Assembly: GCA_036522695.1 (NCBI GenBank) | Contig: DATDFI010000521.1 | Span: 1 to 13,763 of the forward strand | Length of the DNA stretch: 13,763 nucleotides | Direction of reading: 5' to 3' | Origin: Bacteroidia bacterium | Lineage (GTDB): Bacteria > Bacteroidota > Bacteroidia > JADZBD01 | Shown here: one piece after another, positions 1-6,794 of the stretch | Layout of the letters: each line of letters begins with the position of its first letter | Numbering within the stretch: the first letter of the stretch is position 1 | The notes under the pieces: model-generated | Told to the model about the DNA's origin: nothing | The model's database searches: none | What the model saw: the letters and a program-made list of their open reading frames with translations, nothing else | Made by a program: the position numbers and the translations under genes

Positions 1-1995
1 ATTATTGATGTCGAATCCACCTGTGGTGTCGCGCTTCACTTTGTTATTCTGGTTCAATATCACTTTTACGGTCTTGGGGCCATTGGCTCCACCGCTCGTA
101 TCGGGCAATGAACTTTGCTCGCGCTTGTTCAGCAACTCGCGGAAGAAGGTATTGCGGAGATCGAGCGGCTTAAGGTCATTCACCGCTCCCAGGTCCTTTA
201 CCAGCAAATGATACTTACCGTCCTCGTAAACCACTTCGGTGATCTTGTTCGCCTTTGTATTCACATCTTCCTCGAGGATATTGCGGTTGTAATTGGTGAT
301 GGCGGCTGTTTGCGTGATGTAACGATAGTGCGCAACAGTATCAATATAGGCAATGGCGCTGTCGAAGCTGGCGATGTAACGGTTGCGGATGCCATTGTCA
401 TCGCTGATATAAGCGATATGCGTGCTGTCGAATTCAGAAGGATAATATTCATTCACCAAAGGTGTTTCCGTAACACGCTTGAGTAAATTGGAACGCGTTT
501 GATAATTGTAGAGGAACAGGTCCTTATAAGCAGCGCCTTTATGGCTGAGGTCCATATCGGTCTTAAGCGTATCGCCTGTGCGATTGGAAGAAAAAATAAT
601 TTTGGTCCCGTTATTCACGAAACGGGGATTGAGGTCATCGTAAACATCTTTGGTGATCTGCTCGATACCTCCGCCAGCAATATTGTACACATAAATATCA
701 GTGATGCCCAGGTTCACCGCGCTCATCACCAGTTTTTTTCCATCGGGCGAATAGGAAAAATCCAGCACCTTTTCGAAATTGAAAAGCTTGAACATTTCCT
801 TTTTATGCTTTTCGATGGTGTAATAGGTCATGTGCAGTTCGCCTTTCTCTTCGGTAATGATGGTGAAGAGCTGGCCGGAAGGGTGCCATGCAAGTAAAGG
901 ATAAGAATAATCATTGATGCGGTCGAGCTTGTGCTCCCGCTTCATGATGCGTTTTGTTTTGTTGCGCGCGAAATCGTAGAGCCATACTTTATACTGGCCC
1001 ATCTCGTTGGTGGTGTAAACGGCATATTTGCCATCCGGGCTTATTTTGAATTGCCCGTACACGCGCGATGACCGTATCTTTCTCACCACGTTCACTTTCG
1101 AAGAAATACTGTCGAGGCGATCGTTATCGTTATAACGCTTCGCATAAAATTCCATCCAGTCGTAGGTCAGGTTCTTCACCGAGGTGCCGATCACAAATAG
1201 GAATGCACTCTCCACGTTGCGGCTCACCTTGGTCATATAAAGGATATTGGAGATCACACTCTCTCCATAGGTCTCGGCAATATAATTCCAGATGGAATGA
1301 CCGGCATAAACGGCATCCTGCCCGCTCAAACGGTTGAAACGATAGTAAGCGCCCGAAGCGATGCCATCGCGCACACGGTTATCGATATCCACATCCCAGC
1401 GGTTGGCCACCCACGACACCAGCCCCTGGATGTACCAATCCGGCAAAGTGAGGAAAGTGGAATTCTTGAGCATCTCCTTCACATTACCTCCATACATCAT
1501 CTGGTTGATCACCACTTCGGCAATGCCCGCGCGCATCTGCTGCTCAAATTTTTTATGGTCGCCCTCGTAATACAGGCTGATCTTGGAGCCGACAATGCGT
1601 GTTACACCCCCAACGTTATACTGCTCCTCCGAAACAAGGCCGAGATTGCTTTGCTTGAACTCGCTCTGCTTGTTGTAGATCATGAACTGGATCTTGTCAT
1701 CGATCTGGAAATCGAGGAGTTTTTCGATCTGCGCAATATCGGCATCCGCATTACGCGCCACATACTCTGCTAATTCCTTCCCGTTCTTGTAGAAGTACAC
1801 ATCGAACTTCTCGAACTTGTACCAGGTCCACAGCCGGGGTTCATCGTACTGCACGCGATTCTTCCCGAACTCCTGCAGGGAGCCGTTGTAGAACTGGGAA
1901 AACGAGGTATAAGGTATAAGGTAAAGGGAGAAAAAGGCGAAGAAGCTTAATCTTTTAAAAGCGGCCTTTACTTTATGATGAGTTGGACTATTCAC
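1..1995 (-). CDS. Periplasmic PD40/TolB-like beta-propeller repeat protein. The gene runs off the left edge of the window, so the C-terminus lies beyond position 1. The N-terminus carries a signal peptide.
   Basis: Reverse-complement translation is open from 1995 down to 1 in a single frame and ends exactly on the codon boundary at position 1. The N-terminus reads ..NSPTHHKVKAAFKRLSFFAFFSLYLIPYTSFSQ, i.e. a positively charged n-region followed by a hydrophobic core, which is a signal peptide. Repeated PD40-type motifs follow (ISPDGKYAVYTTNEMGQYKVWLYDF, YSPDGKKLVMSAVNLGITDIYVYN, NPRFVNNGTKIIFSSNRTG). There is no in-frame ATG near the signal peptide. The in-frame GTG at 1995 is the most plausible start. 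The only in-frame ATG upstream is at 2163, which would overlap the divergent MBL gene. The ORF is absent from the supplied track because it has no stop inside the window. Confidence 0.7.
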   Translation of the reverse strand, partial: MNSPTHHKVKAAFKRLSFFAFFSLYLIPYTSFSQFYNGSLQEFGKNRVQYDEPRLWTWYKFEKFDVYFYKNGKELAEYVARNADADIAQIEKLLDFQIDDKIQFMIYNKQSEFKQSNLGLVSEEQYNVGGVTRIVGSKISLYYEGDHKKFEQQMRAGIAEVVINQMMYGGNVKEMLKNSTFLTLPDWYIQGLVSWVANRWDVDIDNRVRDGIASGAYYRFNRLSGQDAVYAGHSIWNYIAETYGESVISNILYMTKVSRNVESAFLFVIGTSVKNLTYDWMEFYAKRYNDNDRLDSISSKVNVVRKIRSSRVYGQFKISPDGKYAVYTTNEMGQYKVWLYDFARNKTKRIMKREHKLDRINDYSYPLLAWHPSGQLFTIITEEKGELHMTYYTIEKHKKEMFKLFNFEKVLDFSYSPDGKKLVMSAVNLGITDIYVYNIAGGGIEQITKDVYDDLNPRFVNNGTKIIFSSNRTGDTLKTDMDLSHKGAAYKDLFLYNYQTRSNLLKRVTETPLVNEYYPSEFDSTHIAYISDDNGIRNRYIASFDSAIAYIDTVAHYRYITQTAAITNYNRNILEEDVNTKANKITEVVYEDGKYHLLVKDLGAVNDLKPLDLRNTFFRELLNKREQSSLPDTSGGANGPKTVKVILNQNNKVKRDTTGGFDINN

Positions 1996-2145
1996 TTTAC
2001 AGAACTTGGTAAAACGGATTTTAAATTTACGAATATTGATCCAATTACTGAAAAGAATTTTTATTGTTCGGGCGGGCTTTTTTTCTGCTTTTATGGCCGT
2101 ATGTTTGCTCCCTGTATTTTGTAACGAAAAACATGCCCTTTTATT

Positions 2146-2784
2146 ATGATTAAGATCGATCATTTCACCTTCGGACCGTTCCAGGAGAATACTTATGTAC
2201 TTTCAGATGAAACACGGCAGTGCGTTGTCATCGATCCGGGTTGTTATACCGATGCCGAACGGGCCGAGTTGAAGAACCATATTTCAGCTGCGGGGCTTAA
2301 ACCGGTGAAGCTGCTCAATACGCATTGTCACATCGACCATGTTTTCGGCAATAAATTCATCAGTGAACTGTACAAAGTGGGGTTGGAAATTCACAAAAAG
2401 GATCTTCCCGTCCTCCATTCGTTGATGGAGGTGGCGCATGTGTACCAGCTCAATGCCGAACCCTCGCCCGAGCCTGTAACGTTCCTTGAGGAAGGAGATA
2501 CAATAAAGTTCGGCAACTCAAAACTGGATATCTTGTTCTGCCCGGGCCATTGTCCCGGTCATGTGGTGTTCGTTTGCCACGATCAGAAGTTCGTGATAGG
2601 TGGTGATGTGCTATTTTACGGAAGCATCGGCCGCACCGACCTGCCGGGAGGACATTACCAGACGCTGATCGACAGCATCAAGAATAAATTATTCCCATTG
2701 GGTGATGATTACACGGTTTATTCAGGGCATGGGCCGGAGACCAACATTGGATTCGAGCGGAGGAATAACCCGTTTTTGACCTGA
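2146..2784 (+). CDS. MBL-fold metallo-hydrolase (glyoxalase II / hydroxyacylglutathione hydrolase-like)
   Basis: A 212-aa ORF begins at an ATG. It contains the metallo-beta-lactamase HxHxDH motif (NTHCHIDHVFGN), downstream conserved His/Asp/Gly positions (CPGHCPGHV, GDVLF, GRTDL, GHG), and the typical N-terminus MIKIDHFTFGPFQENTYVL. Confidence 0.88.
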   Translation: MIKIDHFTFGPFQENTYVLSDETRQCVVIDPGCYTDAERAELKNHISAAGLKPVKLLNTHCHIDHVFGNKFISELYKVGLEIHKKDLPVLHSLMEVAHVYQLNAEPSPEPVTFLEEGDTIKFGNSKLDILFCPGHCPGHVVFVCHDQKFVIGGDVLFYGSIGRTDLPGGHYQTLIDSIKNKLFPLGDDYTVYSGHGPETNIGFERRNNPFLT

Positions 2785-2844
2785 ACGGAATATCTTATAC
2801 ATTGCGGAACTTTTCTTCAAATACAATTCTTTTAAGATCGTTTT

Positions 2845-3744
2845 ATGAGATCGGTCCTTACCCGGCTTATAACTGTATACCTTATTTTCCATTGCTCCTG
2901 CGCTTCCACTCATCCTGTTAAAAGCGATGATTACAGCAAGGAAAACTTCTCCAATGACTCGCTGTTCTTTCAAAAAAAGATCCCCGAGACCGGCTTAATT
3001 CAAATATCCTGCCCGCCAAACTTGTTTAATGAAACCCTCTTATTTGAGAACTCTGGAAAAAAAACATCTCCGCAATTTATTATATCCAAAACCAAAGACA
3101 CTTTGTGCCTTATACTTCACCGCGAGATCGGTGCAGGGATAGACCTAGCTGAAAAAAACACATACAAAGTACTCCCTTACTTAAGTAATTATCTTTTCCT
3201 GGAAGCGAATATTCTTTATACCGGGGACTCCACCCTAATTTTAAGAGTGAAAAGGAGAAATAATATCCGGTATGATACCTTGATCTCTGTAAAAGATTTC
3301 CGAGCTGACTGGGACAGGACACACCAATTCAAGACCGAAACAGATCCCCCAGGTGTTCCAACGCAGGACTTTCGCGTGCTGTATATCTCACCTATTGTTG
3401 GAAGCGTACTCTCGAAGCGTGAGAAGGAATACTTTAACATCCTTCCCTCAATTAAAACTTCTGATTTTATTTCAGGTTTCTATTTTAAGAACGAAAAAAA
3501 CGATATCCTTTTCAGGTACTTAATGAAAAACGGAAAGACATATGAAAAACCGGTGGATGAAGCTTCATTCTTAAGAATACGGGAAGCAGCCGGGCCCGAC
3601 AATACCAATGACCGAAGTAAACGAAGGACCAGGAACGGAATAATTGCAGGGGGATCCGCCCTGGCATGCACTGGCGGTATTATTGTGATCGTTGCTATTA
3701 TTACTATTGGGGCAGCGCTTGGCTTCGCACTAAGCCATATTTAA
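2845..3744 (+). CDS. Hypothetical protein with an N-terminal signal peptide or TM segment and a C-terminal hydrophobic anchor. It has no recognisable domain.
   Basis: A 299-aa ORF begins at an ATG. The N-terminus reads MRSVLTRLITVYLIFHCSCAST, which is hydrophobic with Cys residues but is not a canonical lipobox. The C-terminus has a basic patch followed by a roughly 30-residue hydrophobic segment, RSKRRTRNGIIAGGSALACTGGIIVIVAIITIGAALGFALSHI, and ends three residues after it. Visible GC content is markedly lower than in flanking genes, roughly 40% against roughly 50%. Confidence 0.55.
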   Translation: MRSVLTRLITVYLIFHCSCASTHPVKSDDYSKENFSNDSLFFQKKIPETGLIQISCPPNLFNETLLFENSGKKTSPQFIISKTKDTLCLILHREIGAGIDLAEKNTYKVLPYLSNYLFLEANILYTGDSTLILRVKRRNNIRYDTLISVKDFRADWDRTHQFKTETDPPGVPTQDFRVLYISPIVGSVLSKREKEYFNILPSIKTSDFISGFYFKNEKNDILFRYLMKNGKTYEKPVDEASFLRIREAAGPDNTNDRSKRRTRNGIIAGGSALACTGGIIVIVAIITIGAALGFALSHI

Positions 3745-3748
3745 TTCC

Positions 3749-3958
3749 ATGATATCCCCCGGCACCTACCGACATTACAAAGGCAAACTTTACGAAGTGA
3801 CAGGGATCGCCCGTCACAGCGAAACGCGGGAGCGTATGGTGGTGTACAAAGCGCTGTATCAAACCGAAGGCGAGGATTTGTGGGTGCGGCCCGAGAAGAT
3901 GTTTGAAGAAACAGTTGTTGTGGACGGAAAGGAAGTAAAACGCTTTGAAAAAATTTAG
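3749..3958 (+). CDS. Small conserved protein of the DUF1653-like family (about 69 aa)
   Basis: The ATG lies 4 nt after the stop of the upstream gene. The protein reads MISPGTYRHYKGKLYEVTGIARHSETRERMVVYKALYQTEGEDLWVRPEKMFEE. The YRHYKG..Y.V.G.A.HSET.E..VVY.ALY....LWVRP...F pattern is what I recall for the roughly 70-aa DUF1653 family. GC content is high, in contrast to the upstream gene. Confidence 0.6.
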   Translation: MISPGTYRHYKGKLYEVTGIARHSETRERMVVYKALYQTEGEDLWVRPEKMFEETVVVDGKEVKRFEKI

Positions 3959-4446
3959 ATCGGTGCGTTCACATAAAATTTACTGAACTCCTTTTTTGCC
4001 GGGTCATATTCAATGCTCCAGTAACGCGGCCCTCCCCCATCAATGGTCCAGTTGGGATCTTCGAGTTCCTTTTTACTCACCTTTAAACTTGCATCAAAAA
4101 ATTCGATCAAAATGAATTGGTCACCCGCTTCATTCGTCCGGCCACTATACCGCCTCGAATAATTCTTGAACTCTTTAAGGATATAATCTTTCGTATCGGC
4201 ATTCTCGAATGTATCCGCTTCGCAAATAGATGGCAGTTGCTTCTTCAATAACTTTTCGAGTTCGTTCACTGCTCCCGCCTCCGGCACAAAAGCATCCTTG
4301 CCTATTCCCTTCACCATCACACCGTAATAATCATTGCCCATGATCGAAACGGGATTAGAGCAGGAGATAAAAACTGAGAGCATAAGAAAGAGTCCGATGT
4401 ATCGCATCATTTTTCTCAAAAGATGAATCCTTCTATCAAATTTCAC
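3955..4446 (-). CDS. Hypothetical lipoprotein
   Basis: The minus-strand ORF in the track starts at GTG 4446. A more plausible start is the in-frame tandem ATG at 4410 and 4407, giving MMRYIGLFLMLSVFISCSNP. That is a lipoprotein signal peptide with an [LVI]-x-S-C lipobox-like FISC and the Cys at about residue 17. The rest is a hydrophilic mature domain of about 145 aa. The stop codon occupies 3955-3957 and overlaps the stop of the convergent DUF1653 gene at 3956-3958. Confidence 0.65.
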   Translation of the reverse strand: MKFDRRIHLLRKMMRYIGLFLMLSVFISCSNPVSIMGNDYYGVMVKGIGKDAFVPEAGAVNELEKLLKKQLPSICEADTFENADTKDYILKEFKNYSRRYSGRTNEAGDQFILIEFFDASLKVSKKELEDPNWTIDGGGPRYWSIEYDPAKKEFSKFYVNAPI

Positions 4447-4454
4447 AAAAAAAG

Positions 4455-4498
4455 AAAGGCGGCCATCCCGCTTTCACGGGTTCCACAGGCCGCCTTTA
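4455..4498 (-). terminator. Rho-independent terminator downstream of the minus-strand flotillin gene
   Basis: There is a perfect 10-bp inverted repeat, AAAGGCGGCC (4455-4464) and GGCCGCCTTT (4489-4498). The loop between them contains a nested CCCG..CGGG stem. On the minus strand the hairpin is followed directly by a T-run (RC of 4440-4454 = CTTTCTTTTTTTGTG). It sits 43 nt past the flotillin stop. Confidence 0.65.
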
Positions 4499-4540
4499 CT
4501 AACCACTATTTACTGATCACTAAAATTTACGCTACGCTGA

Positions 4541-6514
4541 TCATTTTTTCTGATCTGTAGTCTCTTCCTCCTTTTTCTTTGCCATCACCTGCTCCAGCAA
4601 TTGCATGCCGAGCAAGCCGCTGATGGGTCCGTTCGCACCACCGTCATTACCGGTGATAAGCACTTCAGGAATGATCTTGATCTTCTCTTTTCCTATGCTC
4701 TCGGTCACTTTCAACTTGGTGAAGTTGTCGCCACCCATTGAAGCCACTGCAAGCTTATACGATTCCGCATTCGATTTACCAATGGCAAGGATCTTTTCCG
4801 CCTCCGCATTACCGGTCACCGATATCTTCTCTGCTTCCGCATTCGCCAGCGCTTTGATCTTCTCCGCATCGGCATTCGCGGTCACCTTCGTCTTCTCGGC
4901 ATCCGCAGCAGCGATCACTTTCAAACGCTCCGCTTCCGCATTGGCTGCGATCTTGATGCTCGAAGCATCACCCTCCGCTTTTTTAACCGCTGCATCCGCA
5001 ATACGCTGGCTGATCAACACACCCTGGTCGGCCTTCACGATCTCTTTCTGAATTTCGGCAATGGCCGTTTCTTTTTCCAGGCTCTGCCGCGTCTCCTGCG
5101 CCTTCTTCTGCGTTTCGTAGGTCACCTTCTGCTCTTCGGCAAGTTTACGGTCGGTCAGCGTTTTCATCAGCGACTCAGGAGGAACGATATCACCGATCAG
5201 CGTATCCACACCGAACACGTTGTATTGTTCCAGCACTTTGCTGATGTGCTGCTTGGCCGAATCCTGCCTTTCCTTACGCGAACCCAGGAACGAGATCACA
5301 TCGCTGTCCTGTGCCGAGTTACGGAAATAGTTACCGATGGTAGGCTCCAGCACCTGCCCCACCAGGTTCATCATGTTCCCGAAACGCGCAATAACTTTGG
5401 GCGCCTCATTGGTCGGGATGTGAATGATCTGCGACACGTCAAGATTAAAAGGGAAACCGTCCTTGGAGCGCACCGTGATGGTGGAAAGGTTTTTATCCAG
5501 CTGATGAGCTTCTGTGCGGCCACTCGCCCAGTTCAATACCAGGTTGGTGGTAGGCACCAGCTCCACGCGCATGATGTAAGTGTTAACAGGATATTTACCC
5601 GGACCGAGCGGCTCCACCCACACACCTTTTTGTCCTTTTGCCACAATGTTACCGTGCTTGAATTCCACTCCACTCAAGTCCTGTCCTTCCTGGCCCACAT
5701 ACGAGATCACTACACCCACGTAACCGATCGGGATCTCCGTCATTTTTATTTGTTCCACCTGCACGAACCAGGGATTCAAGAAGTATGAACCGGCCAGGAT
5801 CACCTGCGGCTGCAAACCTTTATTACCTCCTGCTGTGAGAAAAGAATCGCAGTCCTGGAAATTATTATGACCGGCCACCTGCTTACCCGCAATGCTTCCT
5901 TCTTCAATGGGATCACCATCGAGCGTGGTCACGATGCCCACCATGTTCTCGCTGATACTTGTCATATCGGTGAGCATCACTTCAAACAAAAAAGTATTGA
6001 TGCGGTAAGTACCCGAAGTGATGAAGGCGGTCTGCCGGCCTTTACGTCCACCGTTACGAATGAACGCTTCGGCACTTTGAAATGTATCGCATTCCACTTT
6101 TCGTGAAAGGATGCGGCCTGTTTCCAGTTCCTTACCGTCTTTAGCAACCACAAGGCCTATTTTACCCTGGGGAATGACGGTGAGTCCCTGCAATTTTATA
6201 TCGTACTGCCAGGGCCAGTAACCGAAGTAAATGCCCGGGGCAAGCGTTTGCGCCTGGAAACCCGCCTCACCGTTCACGGCAATGATGTGCCCATCGGGAA
6301 GTTTTTTGTGTTCTCCTACCAGCACAAATTTTTTCGTGATGAGGCCGATCTTATCCTCCGGGATGATCACGATGCCGAACAGCCGGAAGAACAAGCGGTA
6401 AAAAATAAGCGCGAGCACAAGCGCTATCGCCCACCAGTAGTGGGTAAGAATTTGCATTCCATCCATAAGTTTAAGTTTTGTAAGATAAATGTATAATTTT
6501 TTCAATTCGAACAA
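4541..6514 (-). CDS. Flotillin family protein (SPFH/band 7 domain, YqiK-like) with an N-terminal TM helix and a C-terminal Glu-Ala repeat region
   Basis: The track ORF is 657 aa and starts at TTG 6514. The probable true start is ATG 6466, giving MDGMQILTHYWWAIALVLALIFYRLFF, which is an N-terminal membrane helix. A long SPFH-like body follows. The C-terminus carries the hallmark flotillin EA-repeat, AEAERLKVIAAADAEKTKVTANADAEKIKALANAEAEKISVTGNAEAEKILAIG, and ends in a K/E-rich tail. Confidence 0.88.
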   Translation of the reverse strand: MFELKKLYIYLTKLKLMDGMQILTHYWWAIALVLALIFYRLFFRLFGIVIIPEDKIGLITKKFVLVGEHKKLPDGHIIAVNGEAGFQAQTLAPGIYFGYWPWQYDIKLQGLTVIPQGKIGLVVAKDGKELETGRILSRKVECDTFQSAEAFIRNGGRKGRQTAFITSGTYRINTFLFEVMLTDMTSISENMVGIVTTLDGDPIEEGSIAGKQVAGHNNFQDCDSFLTAGGNKGLQPQVILAGSYFLNPWFVQVEQIKMTEIPIGYVGVVISYVGQEGQDLSGVEFKHGNIVAKGQKGVWVEPLGPGKYPVNTYIMRVELVPTTNLVLNWASGRTEAHQLDKNLSTITVRSKDGFPFNLDVSQIIHIPTNEAPKVIARFGNMMNLVGQVLEPTIGNYFRNSAQDSDVISFLGSRKERQDSAKQHISKVLEQYNVFGVDTLIGDIVPPESLMKTLTDRKLAEEQKVTYETQKKAQETRQSLEKETAIAEIQKEIVKADQGVLISQRIADAAVKKAEGDASSIKIAANAEAERLKVIAAADAEKTKVTANADAEKIKALANAEAEKISVTGNAEAEKILAIGKSNAESYKLAVASMGGDNFTKLKVTESIGKEKIKIIPEVLITGNDGGANGPISGLLGMQLLEQVMAKKKEEETTDQKK

Positions 6515-6528
6515 AGTGCACCTGTTTC

Positions 6529-6546
6529 CCGAAGGGAAGCCTTCGG
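6529..6546. other. Stable hairpin in the divergent intergenic region (7-bp stem, GAAG loop)
   Basis: CCGAAGG (6529-6535) pairs perfectly with CCTTCGG (6540-6546) around a GAAG tetraloop. There is no flanking T-run on either strand, so it is not a classical terminator. Confidence 0.35.
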
Positions 6547-6581
6547 CTCAGGAGGCGGATGCTCGGCCCCGTGGGTAGAGA

Positions 6582-6716
6582 GTTTTGTCATTGTTTATTT
6601 TAAAGGTTTGGTTGTGCGGTAGGCTAAGCAAAGCATATGCAAATGGCCTGACTGCCAAAACCATGACAAAAGGACCATCGCGTGGCTTACATTTCGTCAA
6701 AAAAGGCTGCCAAAAC
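6582..6716. promoter_or_regulatory. Candidate operator/regulatory repeat cluster between the divergent flotillin and outer-membrane beta-barrel genes
   Basis: The core TTTTGTCAT at 6584-6592 has a perfect inverted partner ATGACAAAA at 6663-6671. The flanks extend the match: about 14 of 17 positions agree when GCCAAAACCATGACAAAAGG is reverse-complemented against TTTTGTCATTGTTTATTT. There is an 11-bp direct repeat CTGCCAAAACC at 6652-6662 and again at 6706-6716. A GGTTTGG element at 6605-6611 is the near reverse complement of CCAAAACC. Confidence 0.3.
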
Positions 6717-6794
6717 CGGGTTTATGAACAATTGAGGGGTAATTCTGGATGAACGTAACAAATTCGGAACTTTAGCGTCTAAGTACATATTCCT

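Noticed and set aside
115-1773. Plus-strand ORFs in the track at 5-211, 115-486, 499-897, 1068-1337, 1297-1773 and 1361-1570
   Set aside because: They are antisense to the long, well-supported minus-strand PD40 repeat gene. Their compositions are biased and low in complexity. They are shadow ORFs.
1996-2163. Extension of the PD40 gene upstream to the in-frame ATG at 2163
   Set aside because: It would add about 56 hydrophilic residues ahead of an otherwise N-terminal signal peptide. It would also overlap the first 18 nt of the divergent MBL gene. A GTG start at 1995 is more consistent.
5225-6496. Plus-strand ORFs at 4605-5051, 5225-5788, 5867-6106 and 6248-6496
   Set aside because: They are antisense to the flotillin gene. 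The alanine/serine-rich 4605-5051 ORF is simply the reverse-strand reading of the GAA/GCN repeats that encode the EA-repeat.
6663-6752. 29-codon ORF (MTKGPSRGLHFVKKGCQNRVYEQLRGNSG) in the structured intergenic region
   Set aside because: It has no supporting start context or conservation signal I can see. It overlaps the repeat elements. It is more likely non-coding.
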